Part shown: one piece after another, positions 13,150 to 25,700 of the stretch
Layout of the letters: each line of letters opens with the position of its first letter
Position numbering within the stretch: position 1 is the stretch's first letter
Assembly (NCBI GenBank): GCA_003427395.1
Contig: BFEA01000018.1
Coordinates: 3,594,432-3,658,431 of the forward strand
Reading direction: 5' to 3'
DNA: 64,000 bases
From: Chara braunii
Taxonomy: Eukaryota > Plantae > Charophyceae
The notes under the pieces: generated by a model
Told to the model about the DNA's origin: nothing
Database searches by the model: none
What the model saw: only the letters and a program-made list of their open reading frames with translations
Position numbers and translations under genes: made by a program

Positions 13150-15865
13150 AGTGGTTTTAGTACGGACCAACTGATCTTGATCTCTGACGTGATTTCTTCC
13201 TTCCGATATGTGGCAGATCATGAGTTAGACCGGATCTTTGTGTTGTTGATCTTGTCTTTAGCATTACGAGGTCGCTTTCGTTGGTTAAACAAATGCATTG
13301 ACTCGTGGCTTCTTCTCTTTCAGCGATATGGATTGGAATTTTTGGAATTGCCTAACTGTGTTTATGTGATTACTTCCCTCCGATGTAAGTTGCAATACAT
13401 TGGCCAGACCTCTCGTTCTCCCCTGATACGATGGAGGGAACACGTCTTCGTTTATAAACGCAATGCTAAATGTATGCACCTTTATCATTGGTGGAAGTGC
13501 GTAGGTATTGAATCCTTTGCCTTACTGCCCGTCGAGATTGTCGAAACAGTCGATCTTGGTACGGTGGAATCTACGTTTATTAAACGATGGAGTCCTTTTC
13601 TGAATACAACAGGTAAAACGGTGTGTCGAAAGAAGAGTTATTGTCGTTGCAAACGTGAAAGAAAAAAGAGGACGCATGTTGAATACGAAGGCAATCCTAT
13701 TCGGAGGGTTAAGGTACGCATCAGTTTCGATGACGCATGGTCAGTGAATGTTTTTGACGTCCTACGCACTCAAGATGATTGTGGACTACATCAGTTTGTT
13801 TTACTGATTGAGGGCGGTAATACCTGGTGTAATAAATGGCGTGGGGTACGAAAGGCCTTTGGTTCTTCCTCTATTCTATATAATGGCGTGGCCGGACGTC
13901 TCACTGACTTTAAGGTGGCTTTCGAAACTGATGGACGAATGGAAATCCAGTACTTGAGACGCTGGAAACCTCGCGCTAGTATTAACAAGTCGTTCCTTGT
14001 TTCACTTTGACGTTACCCGAAAAGATTGGAACGATTGCAGAAATGGGACTTGGACTCACTGTCTAGCTTGTTTAATGCCATCAAAGATTTTGAGAAGAAG
14101 AGCACACGTGAGTATCTCAGACGCTTGGTTGGTAGATGCGTAAAAGATGGGTTCGGCTTCAATTTTTTTGCTCGTATTGTAGTCCGTTTATTGTTTGATG
14201 ATCAGATCAGAATATCTGAGGTACATAAGTTGGTCAATGATAAGATGGGGAGTCTAGTTCTTCCTCCTTGCGTCATCAGGCACGCACGTAGATCGCTTCG
14301 CATAATTTGGACACGCAATCCAAATGTTGCGAATCTATTGCACAACCATCGGGCGTTTGCATGACTGGGGGTGCTAACCTGCTCCTGTGCAGGGTTGCCG
14401 TACCGAAGGGTACGGGGCCACGTGCGTGTTCGGTTACGTGATCTGGATAACTTCCCTCCTCTGTTGTTGAATGCGAACAACGTCCCGAAAGCACGCTGCA
14501 CGATGTTCTTGGAATTAAGAAGCGTTTTGAAGGTTTGATTCTCACCCCTCTGGATCGCAATCGGATCGCAATCAAGGGGAGACTTTGATTTTGTGTCCGC
14601 TGCTGTACTATAAAAGGATGATGAATCTGTTTATTCGAAGTTCTGGGTATGTACCTGTTGACAAGGAGACTGTTGTAGTGGTTGCAGAGATGAAGACCGA
14701 TTTGAAGGAGGAAGGTCTTCTGGGTTTTGCACGTTGGGACGCAAAGGGAATAATCGGTCAAGCCTATGCTATGCCTAAGCATAAGGATTTGGACCGTTTC
14801 CGACCAATTTGCCCCTCATACCCTGAACCAACAACAAGGGTAAGTAAGATTGTTGCGAGAGCATTAAATCACCTCCTACATTGTCTCCCACGAGACTCGA
14901 ACTTCGATCTCAAAGTTATCTCGCACCTGAACTGTACCCTAAGTGTGTATAATAAGAAGTTGAGACGCATGTACAGCGAACCTAGCGTGATTGCTAGATC
15001 TTTCGACATTAAAGATATGTTCAACCGATTGTCGCACCAGGATATCCTGGACGCTGTGGACTGGTTGTTGAACTATCATTCTTCCAAGAATAGGACTTTC
15101 GTTCGCGTTAACCCCAGAGGTAAGGGTGCGAGTTTTGGTATCACCACTGGCTACGACCATTGGAAAAGGGTCGATTTCGTCGACATTCGACAGTTCGTTT
15201 CCTTTGAGCTCTCGCATACTTACACCATCGCTTTGGGTGTATTGCTGCAGCAGATAGTCGGAATTCCGATGGGGAAGAGCACGAGCCCTCCCCTAGCATG
15301 TATTATGTGTGCCAGAGCTGAATTCCGGTTTCTGCAGAGCTTGGGAAAATTGAGTAAGCACGTGTCCGGGGTGAGATTAATCGATGACGTCAATTTGTTT
15401 GTAGCCACTGCGAAGTTGAGCAAGGCGAAGGTCGACTACATCTTTGCGAAGTTTGAAAAATGTTACCCTGATAACCTCTGTCTGAAAAGAGCGGATGACG
15501 GATCTGGGACCTGGGACTTTTTGGGTTGCGAAATACGTACGAAGAAGTCCTTTCCTTTTGTTGAATGTGTGCAAGTTTCGAAGAATGAAGAATCCATGTG
15601 GAGTGAGGAACGCCTGACCTTCTTTAATGGTCAATCCTTCTTGTCCTGGGGAAGTAAGTTGCAGAAAAGTGTCGTTCTTGTCAGCCATCTACACCGGATC
15701 GATCGTAACACCTTGGCCAAACATGAAATCCCACGACGAGTTATCAGTCTAAAGCGGGAGTCTAGATTGAAAGATGTGCCGACAGATTTCTTTGTACGGG
15801 TTTTGAAACGATTTGCACACGGGCGGGATGCCCACTAGAAGTTGGTAGTCGACTTGATCCAGTGA
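13150..15865 (+). pseudogene. Penelope-like GIY-YIG endonuclease followed by reverse transcriptase (EN N-terminal)
   Basis: CVYVITSLRCKLQYIGQTSRSPLIRWREH..E..LN (GIY-YIG); PKHKD..RFRPI, SFDIKDMF, GIPMGKSTSPPLA, RLIDD, DFLGCEI (PLE-type RT); in-frame TGAs and one frameshift near 14500-14585. Confidence 0.88.
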
Positions 15866-17097
15866 CTATGCAAGGACCACGCAGTGACAGGGAAGACCAT
15901 CTTTTTTTATTCATGTCCTGGGTGTTGTCGACCTATGGACTTGTGTTGTGGTGTGAATAAGACTGTTAAGCATATGTGACCTGATCCGTGTGTGCAACCG
16001 ACGCAGGGACAGGAAGACCTCCTTCTTTGGTTTAGTAGACTGTTTGCTGTTGTTTTGTTTTTTATTAGGTGGTTAGCCGGGTCTTGAGTCCCGGTCACGA
16101 CTGGATTTTTTCGACAGCCTTTTTTACAGACTTTTTGATAGACTTTTGTGATAGACCTTTTTGATAGACTTTTTCGGAACTATGTGCCCCTTCAGCCGAG
16201 GCCATAGTGTCCTTTTGTTTTGTTGTGGTTTTGGCTGACAAACCGGGTTTTGAGTCCCGTTCACCACTGAAATTTTTCTGTCATACTTTTTTCGGTACTA
16301 TGTGCCCCTTCACCTAGGCCATAGTGTCCCTTTGACTTGTTGTGGTTTTGGTTGACAAAGTACAAGGATAGCCGCGTTGCTCAGGATATCCGGTACCACG
16401 GGTATATAAGCAATGATGCAGTTAGGATCGTCCTCTTTCGGACCACGGATGCCTCCGGCTACCGTGGTTGGCTTGTAGGATCATAAAGTGGTTCCTGGGT
16501 GTTGTGGAACGAATGTTGGCCGAATTTGTACATCTTGATCTTGCTATCTTGTTTTCCCCGCGTGTGTACGCTCACGTTGTGTGATCATCTATGGTGAATG
16601 TTTTTTTCTCTCATATACCTCAGATGAAGATCTGAAATTTTATGTGGATTTTTCAACGGTGAATGCTCTTCGTGAGGGTGGTGGCGACGGAAGGATTAGC
16701 AGGACCGATCGATGAAGATCTACCGATCGATGCCGAAACAATGTATTTTATTTTTATTTCAAAATTGGTAAGGAATTTGAATATAATGCTTAGGAAAATG
16801 TTATTTATTTTATTTTTTCTTATAACATATCTTTTTTTTAGAATTTTTTAAGATTTTTGTTTTTTTTATTTTTTATTTTTTGGTTTGTGTTCAGCCCGAA
16901 CGGCTGAACGCATCCCCAAGGGGTTATGTACGTTTAGGGGTTTGGGTTCGGGCATTCGGCCTGTCCCGAACTCCGGTTACCCTGTATATATATATATATA
17001 TTTTCAAATCCCTCCTCTTTTATATATATATCAAGGAAACGGATCAGCAAACATTTATTATTACATTATGACATGATATTAATATTATTATTATTAT

Positions 17098-18560
17098 CAG
17101 GGTTGCCGGCGTTCAGGACGGGCCGAACACCCGAACCCGAACGTCCGAACGTTCGGGACCCCCTCTCGACACATTCGGTCGTTCNNNNNNNNNNNNNNNN
17201 NNNNNNNNNNNNNNNNNNNNNNNNNNNNNNNNNNNNNNNNNNNNNNNNNNNNNNNNNNNNNNNNNNNNNNNNNNNNNNNNNNNNNNNNNNNNNNNNNNNN
17301 NNNNNNNNNNNNNNNNNNNNNNNNNNNNNNNNNNNNNNNNNNNNNNNNNNNNNNNNNNNNNNNNNNNNNNNNNNNNNNNNNNNNNNNNNNNNNNNNNNNN
17401 NNNNNNNNNNNNNNNNNNNNNNNNNNNNNNNNNNNNNNNNNNNNNNNNNNNNNNNNNNNNNNNNNNNNNNNNNNNNNNNNNNNNNNNNNNNNNNNNNNNN
17501 NNNNNNNNNNNNNNNNNNNNNNNNNNNNNNNNNNNNNNNNNNNNNNNNNNNNNNNNNNNNNNNNNNNNNNNNNNNNNNNNNNNNNNNNNNNNNNNNNNNN
17601 NNNNNNNNNNNNNNNNNNNNNNNNNNNNNNNNNNNNNNNNNNNNNNNNNNNNNNNNNNNNNNNNNNNNNNNNNNNNNNNNNNNNNNNNNNNNNNNNNNNN
17701 NNNNNNNNNNNNNNNNNNNNNNNNNNNNNNNNNNNNNNNNNNNNNNNNNNNNNNNNNNNNNNNNNNNNNNNNNNNNNNNNNNNNNNNNNNNNNNNNNNNN
17801 NNNNNNNNNNNNNNNNNNNNNNNNNNNNNNNNNNNNNNNNNNNNNNNNNNNNNNNNNNNNNNNNNNNNNNNNNNNNNNNNNNNNNNNNNNNNNNNNNNNN
17901 NNNNNNNNNNNNNNNNNNNNNNNNNNNNNNNNNNNNNNNNNNNNNNNNNNNNNNNNNNNNNNNNNNNNNNNNNNNNNNNNNNNNNNNNNNNNNNNNNNNN
18001 NNNNNNNNNNNNNNNNNNNNNNNNNNNNNNNNNNNNNNNNNNNNNNNNNNNNNNNNNNNNNNNNNNNNNNNNNNNNNNNNNNNNNNNNNNNNNNNNNNNN
18101 NNNNNNNNNNNNNNNNNNNNNNNNNNGATTTTTTTTTTTTTTTTTTTTTTTTTTTTGCATAACTAAATGACCTGAAAATTTACAGACGTGTACTTAACAT
18201 AATGCAAAACCCACTAAAAATGTTTCAAAAAATAATAAAATTGTTTAGACCCCGAACTCAAGTGAAAACAAAAAGTAAAAAGTGAAAAAAAATATGGGCG
18301 AGCATGTTTTGACACCGCCATCTTTGGCGATTTTTAATTCTTATTTGGCTAAGTGAAATGACGTGAAAATTTATAGGCATGTACCTCACGTCATAGAGAA
18401 CTCATAAAAAAAATGTCAAAAAAAAAAATAGTTTTAAGCCCCAAAATAATTTTTGGCGGGGGCCGAACGCCGTTAGGTACGAACCCCGTACTGGAACCCG
18501 ACTGCCCGTACGTACGGAGGTCTGCCCGAGGACCTCCGTACGTACGGGCTGGTGACCTTG
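17098..18560. mobile_element. Probable hAT-like non-autonomous DNA element spanning an N gap
   Basis: CAGGGTTGCCGG left end, GCTGGTGACCTTG right end, subterminal CCGAAC/CCGTAC repeats, ATTATT flanks; a related end at ~16890-16984. Confidence 0.45.
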
Positions 18561-19384
18561 ATTATTTTTATTTATTTATTATTTATTTATTATTTATTTA
18601 TTATTTATTTATATCATTGTCGTCGATGATTCGACGCTGGGCCGGCCATCGTCCATAAGTTTTTTTTTAGAAAACTACGGCGCAGTCAGGGTTTGAGTTT
18701 GTAATTGCACTTGAGGCAAAAAGGTCGATAATGCTGAATGTATATGACCTACGTTTTGGGTCCGATGGGGTCACGTGGGGGGGTGTTGTATTCGCGGGAT
18801 TGCCTGAAGTGCAATTGCGAACTGTTTTCGTGACAGCGCCGAAGTTACCCTTTTTTTTTTTTTTCTTAGTTCGTTTGAAGTGGATTGTGTACTGGAATCG
18901 AACTTGGGTCTGTAACCATAGAGCCTACCTCAGTGGGTGCAACAATGAAAAGAGGTTACATGAGTGGGTACAACAATGAACTGTTGGGGGTTCTGGTGGG
19001 AAGTCCTAAGGGGGCATGGAGCGTCTGGACTGGGTGATCGAGCGTCGTTGCATCACAGCGGTTCAATTTTTTTTATTTTATTTTTTTTCAATCTTTTTTT
19101 TTCCCATTTTTTTTTTTTTTAGAAATGCTCTGGNNNNNNNNNNNNNNNNNNNNNNNNNNNNNNNNNNNNNNNNNNNNNNNNNNNNNNNNNNNNNNNNNNN
19201 NNNNNNNNNNNNNNNNNNNNNNNNNNNNNNNNNNNNNNNNNNNNNNNNNNNNNNNNNNNNNNNNNNNNNNNNNNNNNNNNNNNNNNNNNNNNNNNNNNNN
19301 NNNNNNNNNNNNTTTTTTTTTTTTTTTTTTTTTTTTCCGTATGCCTTTGTGGTCGTTTGTTTGTTTACGAGACTCAAATGTGAG

Positions 19385-19730
19385 GTTGGGTCGAGGTTGT
19401 GAGATGACCGGTCTTAGGCAAGGACCGGGATCGAACTTGTTTTTTTTTTTCTTTTTTTTTTTTAGTTTTTTCAAGTCGAGGGTCGTGGAACGAGCCCCCT
19501 ATTGAATCTCACTTTTGTGCCTTCTGAGTTGAATGGTTTTCCCCCGAGGCAGCCAAAAGAAGGGGGCGGTCGACGAACGATTCAAGGCTGGGTTGAGGTT
19601 GTGAGGTGGCCGGTCTTAGGCAAGGACTGAAATCAAACTCGGTTTTTTTTTTTTTTTTTTTTTTTTTTTAGCTTTTTTAAGTTGAGGGTCGTGGAACGAA
19701 GCCCCTACTGAATCCCACTTTTGTGCCTTG
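19385..19730. repeat. Tandem duplication of a ~200-bp unit
   Basis: GAGGTTGTGAG..CCGGTCTTAGGCAAGGAC..GAGGGTCGTGGAACGA occurs at ~19390 and ~19590. Confidence 0.75.
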
Positions 19731-20317
19731 ACGTCAACGATTTAGATGTTTCTGTAGATAAGTCAAGTCCAGGGGGTAGAGTGATCACCGAATGCGTGTA
19801 TAAAAAGTTAGTATGGGTGGGCAAAAACGAGTGTACAAACCACAAAAAACTCTTGAAAATGCAATATAAAGCCAGACCTCCACAATGTGTAAGGTGTGAT
19901 AAACAAGGCCCAATGCATCTCGCCTGCTCTCTGAGAGGACTTATCCCTTTGCCACTTCAGCCTCCCGACCCACTAAAACTTCGTCCCCTCTACAATCCCT
20001 TTGCCCTGGCTGCACCCCCGCGCTTAGCGTGGTTACAATTGTTTTTCCCGTGTCCCGAAGGACAGCCAGACTTTTTGTCGTGGTATTGGGTGTCGCTGCC
20101 CTACTCTCCAAATATGCAAAATGGGACTGAATCCACCCCTAGAACACAGAAAGAGATACATTGCAATCTTTTTTGGCTTTTGTGCATGTGGAGAGTAGTG
20201 CAGTGAGGCCCATTATCGTGGTAGCGTTGTTCAGACATCCTGCGATAGGTCGGCACCTCGCACGCCTGAGCAGCGCATAGGACACCCGAGCACTGAAGCC
20301 TGAGAGGTAAGGGCATA

Positions 20318-20734
20318 GGGCCTCGCCGCACCACAGTCGAAAGGCGAAAAAATTCGACGGTTGTCAAAACAAATTCAACAACCTCTATTCGACAGTTTGC
20401 CCCCCTTTAACCACACAGCATTGTAGAGTGCACGCACTTGTGAATGCAACTTGAAGATGGAAAAAGACGAATGTGCCAGAGGGTACGAAAAACATTAGTC
20501 CATCCCGACCTTACCTCCCCTCACCGAATTTCGAAGAAAAGTCGACGGCGCAGCTGAGGAGTGTCGAAAACATTAGAGTAGCACGCTGGGGATTGAACAA
20601 CTTTCGACAGGAGGTGTCGAGAAGCATGCTCTGACAACTGGCGAATTTATTTCCCGTCTCCGACTTCGACAGCCTATGTGGCGAAGAGAAAAACTGTCGA
20701 AAATTGCATTTTCGACAGTGGTGAGGCGAGACCC
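20318..20734. mobile_element. PIF/Harbinger-like MITE
   Basis: TIR GGGCCTCGCCGCACCAC / GTGGTGAGGCGAGACCC, TSD ATA. Confidence 0.8.
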
Positions 20735-21232
20735 ATAGTCACACCACGACGTTTTTCACTTTTACTTATGGACGTACTTACGGTCAGATGCATCCCAGTG
20801 CGGACGCAAATGCGGTTAGATACATTTTAGAAGTAGCTCTGGTGTGAGCACGCCCGAAGATGGAGAGAGCAGAGGGTTCGCCAGGAGCAATACGAGGTAA
20901 CGAATGCGAGAGGAGGGGCTTCATAAACCATTTGAGAAAAACAAAAAAAGAGCAAAACAAAAAACAAAAAAAGAAACCACGACTGACTTTGTTGACTGAC
21001 GCCTGGACGTAATTGCGGTCAAATACATACATTCCCGAAAGTTCCCCTTTGCGTTTGCTCTCCCATCGGCGCAGTGTCGGGACCTGCGAATTAACGAGAT
21101 CCGTCGATCTCCCTAACTCTCCGTAGCGAATGGACGGTCAGATAATAATTATTAATAATAATAAAAAAAAAACTTTCAATAATAATAAAGAAAAAAAAAA
21201 ATCTATACTAGAAACCCGCCAACGACCGCCAG

Positions 21233-21396
21233 GGGCCAAGTCCCACTAGCAGCGTTGAGCTACCTCAACGCCTGAATGAGGACGCTTTTGCGGAGATGTG
21301 CAGAAATGGTGTTGAGTTTTCTGAACTGCACGTCTCCACAAACACGTCCAGATTCAGGCGTTGAGGTAGCTCAACACTGCTAGTGGGACTTGGCCC
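21233..21396. mobile_element. PIF/Harbinger-like foldback MITE
   Basis: ~45-bp TIR GGGCCAAGTCCCACTAGCAG, TSD CAG; related copy near 57710-57877. Confidence 0.85.
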
Positions 21397-21656
21397 CAGC
21401 TCCCCCCTCTTCACCGCACGACCACACCACCCCACAACACCCTCTCCTACTACAACCGCCCAGTTGCCTCACGAGACGACTGGTCGGTCTTGGTTGGCGA
21501 CCACAACCTTATTTAATGTGCATAACGACGCCATACATATATATCCCCACTGACACACCCGATGCCATTCCCCATATGGAAACCCTGCACTACACGACAA
21601 AAACACATCCACGTATACGCAGCTATCCTGGCTGCGAATAAATAGATAGATTGTTC

Positions 21657-21693
<37 letters not shown>

Positions 21694-21844
21694 CAACACT
21701 TTATATTGAACAAACTCAATTCGAGGCATTAGCCGGTTTCGCTTACAGCCCGCTTTGCTGGGTGTGACTCTACAATCAACATGCTTAAACAATTATTTAC
21801 TCATTACTGCAGTTCTGGCCTAATTCAAGCTTGACACCAATATA

Positions 21845-22254
21845 GGGCCTCGCCACACCACTCTTGAAACCCGGTTTTCAAGAGTTGGAGTCGTCACCAT
21901 ACAACCACTTGAGAGTTATGGCCCGAAAACTCTTTCGAGAGTTGTCAGAACCTCGTTTCGAGAGTAGCTTTCTAAAATCCTAAACGCCCAGCCTGCAGCA
22001 CCGCTCTTTTCAAGCGTCCTCCCGAGNGCACTCGAAGGACTCTCGATTTTCGAGGGTTGTCAGGTCGTTATCCTGAGGCCATTCGGAAAAAAACAAAGTT
22101 GTACGACTCTCGTTTTGCATTCTTTGTCCAACACTATCACCCTTTCGAGAGTGCTGTGTGGCGAGGGGCCCGAAACTCTCGAAAACCCAACTCTTGAGAA
22201 CGTCTGACAACTTTTAAAAAATTTCCCCGTTTCGAGAGTGGTGTGGCGAGGCCC
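21845..22254. mobile_element. PIF/Harbinger-like MITE
   Basis: TIR GGGCCTCGCCACACCACTCT(T/C)GAAAC, TSD ATA. Confidence 0.85.
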
Positions 22255-22799
22255 ATAAGGGCGTTGTCGCGCGCGGCGGTCCCTCACCCCGCTGGGAGCG
22301 CCGAACCTCATGGTCGTGTCACGCAGGATGTATTCCTGAAAAGAACCGATCACCAGTCCGACCGTGCGCGCGTGCTATACCTCTCACGACACCCCACGAC
22401 AGGTCGGGGAGCCGCGAGGTACAACTTACCTCTACCCGAGGGGTTGTTACCACCCTTAGGTAGGCGTATCCCTGCTGAGCTATCGGCCCACGTGCGAAGG
22501 TTTTTACATGCGTGAGTAGAGGTAGGTCGGCCGAGGGCGTTTGCTCGATCACTGTAGTATGAAATGGGGTACGCGCGGTAAGACGCCTAGGACTGACCTG
22601 TTAGATACTCAGGTCGAACTTCTGCGACGGTCGTCTATTCGCGCTTCTGTTCCAAAGACACATTCTCCTTCTGACCACTATGTTCAAAGTATCAAAACAA
22701 AACCTTGTCACTACCAAACGATATTATACTCTACTCAACGTAGGACTGATCATAAGATAACATATAAGACTTGATTATGAATATCGAGGTATTACCGTT

Positions 22800-25700
22800 G
22801 GAACCCTTCCCACTTTCACAAGTGCTGAGTGTCCAGACTCTTCAACAGATCAGGTCCAGTTCAATCCCAAACTCACGAACAAAACAGACCTGCACAACAT
22901 AATGCAAAAACAGTTCACATGCCATGCACTAACGGCGTCAACCATCAACCATTGACATTGTCCCTCACTTCCCAAACCATGCATGACAGCTCTATCTATC
23001 CTGAGATGCAAGCCCATCTCCCTTCACATTTATTCAAAGGACCCTTAAGAGTGACCAGGACCATTTAGGCGATGACCACAGGTGACAGTTTTACTGACCA
23101 CAAGGTTTGATTTTAGATATAGGTATCAAGTCAAGGTGGAAAGAGTTGAATCGGCAACGACCGACCTGTTATCGAGTGATAACAGAAAATTAAGTCTTTT
23201 ATGTAGGACTTCTCCTTCAATTGCAGTAGACCAACGCAAAGACCTGCACACACACAGGTCAACAAGGATTCAACATCCCCACTTGACTTCCCACATGTTT
23301 ATATCTAAGGGTCAAGTCCTTAGATCTGGTTTGTGAGTTTTGGGATCAACATCCCAGTGCCTAATCCCTAACTTCTAACTATCCAAAGTCATCTTGTCAC
23401 TCTACCTCCTTCTGTTTCAAGGAGTCTCTTGCCTATGTCCTATGTCGTCTTAGGGAAACTTATATTTCCCTTACTCTCAGTCCTTGCATTTCACTCTGGT
23501 AGATAAGCAGACCCTTTGATACTTTATATGGTAGTCTGACCGAGATCAACTCAAGCCAGTGGCGGATTCTCCGATGAACTGCAACTACACGAAGTATCTT
23601 CTTTCTCTGATTCCTTTTACCTGCGGTGTTTCGTTTTTTTCTTGCGTTCCTTTTAGGGACCTTTGGAGTCGCTCCCGATGGAGCATTCCCTTTTTCCTTC
23701 TCGTTTCTTCTTGACCTGACATACATAAGTAGTAGGCCGATTCACCCGGGAATCTTCCACGACTTGATCAATTCTAAACAATTTGTTAGTCAGAAGAGTA
23801 ATCGAGTCGCCCCACGGGAGCACCCAGCCACCCTTCAAAGTCCAAGCAACCAAGTAGTTCAGGCATTCTAGTCCAAGCAATCGGATAAGTCAACCATGAG
23901 TATCCTTTTATCAATTAAGCAGGTGGTTAGGAGGTTCATGTTGAGCCGTCTCAACACTTGACCCTACATTCAGAGAACATTCTAGATCCAGGTGTTAGTA
24001 CAGAGTTCAAGTTAATAATAGGTGACTTTCCCGGAAGCCTCCTATTACTCCTTGATCAAAACTCAGTCTATTTCTACAAGTGTAATAGGATGACCCTACG
24101 AGACTCACCTTACTACTTACTTAGAGTCAGACGAGCCAGGATTAAGTCAGTGGACTTAGGCAAGCCGAAGTGTCTAACTTGGTACGTTAGAATGTAGCCA
24201 AGCAGGCTATAGGATGACCCCATTGGAGCCTCCTATTAGTACTTATTTATGCCACCTGTCAGTCATACCTAGACAAGTAGTAGGGTTATTCACTCGGTAG
24301 TATCCCTCTACTGCCCAAACACAATTATCATTAGTAGACCTCTGAATCAAACAAGTACTAAGATAATTCTCCCGGGAGTTACCCTACGACCAGTTTGATG
24401 AGTAGGAGATCAGTCAAAACAACTCCAAGTTAAGTCGCCTTGACCGTTCCCCTACTTTACCCACTCATCGTGAATGAGCAAGAGGTATGTCGACTTTCAC
24501 GGCAGTCGACCAGATTGACTTAGACTTAGGAGTTCGTGTACTCACCCGGGAGTACTTAATTCCCTTCCTAAGTCTAGTCAGATCAAGTGATAGGAGAACT
24601 CCACGGGAGCCTCCCATAACCTGATTTAAATAATTAGGCCATTAGCATCCGAACGATGCCAATTCATTAGTCATTCCAAAACAAGTAGCAGGTTTACTCA
24701 CCCGGGAGTATCCCTTTTACCTGTTCATAATCAACTCACTATTTTCCTCGTTAGAAGACCTCTTGATCAAACAAGTACTAGGATAACCCACTCGGGAGTC
24801 ACCCTACTACCAGTCTGATGCATAGGAGATCAGTCAACTTTCGCGGAAGCCGACCAGATTGACTTAGACTTAGGAGTTCGTGTACTCACTCGGGAGTACT
24901 TAATTCCCTTCCTAAGTCTAGTCAAATCAAGTGAGAGGAGAACCCTACGGGAGCCTCCTGTAACCTGATTCAATGTTAATTAGATAAACCATTAGTAACT
25001 TAAACAAGCCAACTTCTCATTTTATACCAAAACAGTTAGCAGGGTTACTCACCCGGGAGTACCCCTTTTACTTGCCCAAACATAATCAACTCATTCTTTC
25101 CTTGTTAATTGATCCCCAGATCAAGCATAGTATTAGGAAACCCTCCCGGGAGTCACCCTAATACCAGTTCGATGCGTAGGCGATCAAGACCATTTTTAGG
25201 TTAGTTTGACCTGATCGTTCATATTAATTGAGTAAGAGGTATTGTTGACTAACACGGAAACCGCACGGATCGATCTAGACTTAGGAGTTCGTGTACTCAC
25301 CCGGGAGTACTTATTTCCCCTCCTAAGTCTAGTCAGATCAGTGATAGGAAAACCCCATGGGAGCCTCCTATTACCTCTGCTTTTGTTAGTTGTTTGAAGA
25401 CGTGTACCCCACGGGAGTACCGGATTAGTCATGCTTTGATTAATCGCTTGAAGACATATACTCCACGGGAGTACCGGATTAGTTTTGGATTTAGTTGGTA
25501 AGTCAACAGAGAAGACGCAAGATATCTTCTCGCCATCAATGCATGCATGTCAAAAGTCAACTAGTTAGGTGGATGGCTGAGTAGTTCGCAGGACGAGTAC
25601 CCTTTTAGTCATTCCACACAGGTAGCGTGACGACCCCAACAGATGCCTCCATCATACTGCCTTAGTTTTCTCAAGACCAAGTAGGCTAAGTTCCTTCTTG

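Larger units (their letters stand above)
11880..16360 (+). mobile_element. Penelope-like retroelement with permuted domains (Naiad/Chlamys-like architecture)
   Basis: Domain order Zn-knuckle/SAP-like, GIY-YIG, RT, followed by tandemly duplicated 3' segments (16070-16360); boundaries approximate. Confidence 0.8.

Noticed and set aside
12169-14364. Selenocysteine recoding of the PLE's in-frame TGAs
   Set aside because: The TGAs are not at evident Cys-ligand positions, a TAG and a frameshift co-occur, and I see no SECIS; mutational decay is simpler
17066-18170. Long ORFs spanning X runs (also 8827-9402, 45431-46362, 49788-50399)
   Set aside because: Artefacts of N gaps lacking stop codons
23739-25480. 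CRISPR array
   Set aside because: Repeats are not identical, the 'spacers' themselves repeat in a higher-order unit, there are no cas genes, and the context is eukaryotic
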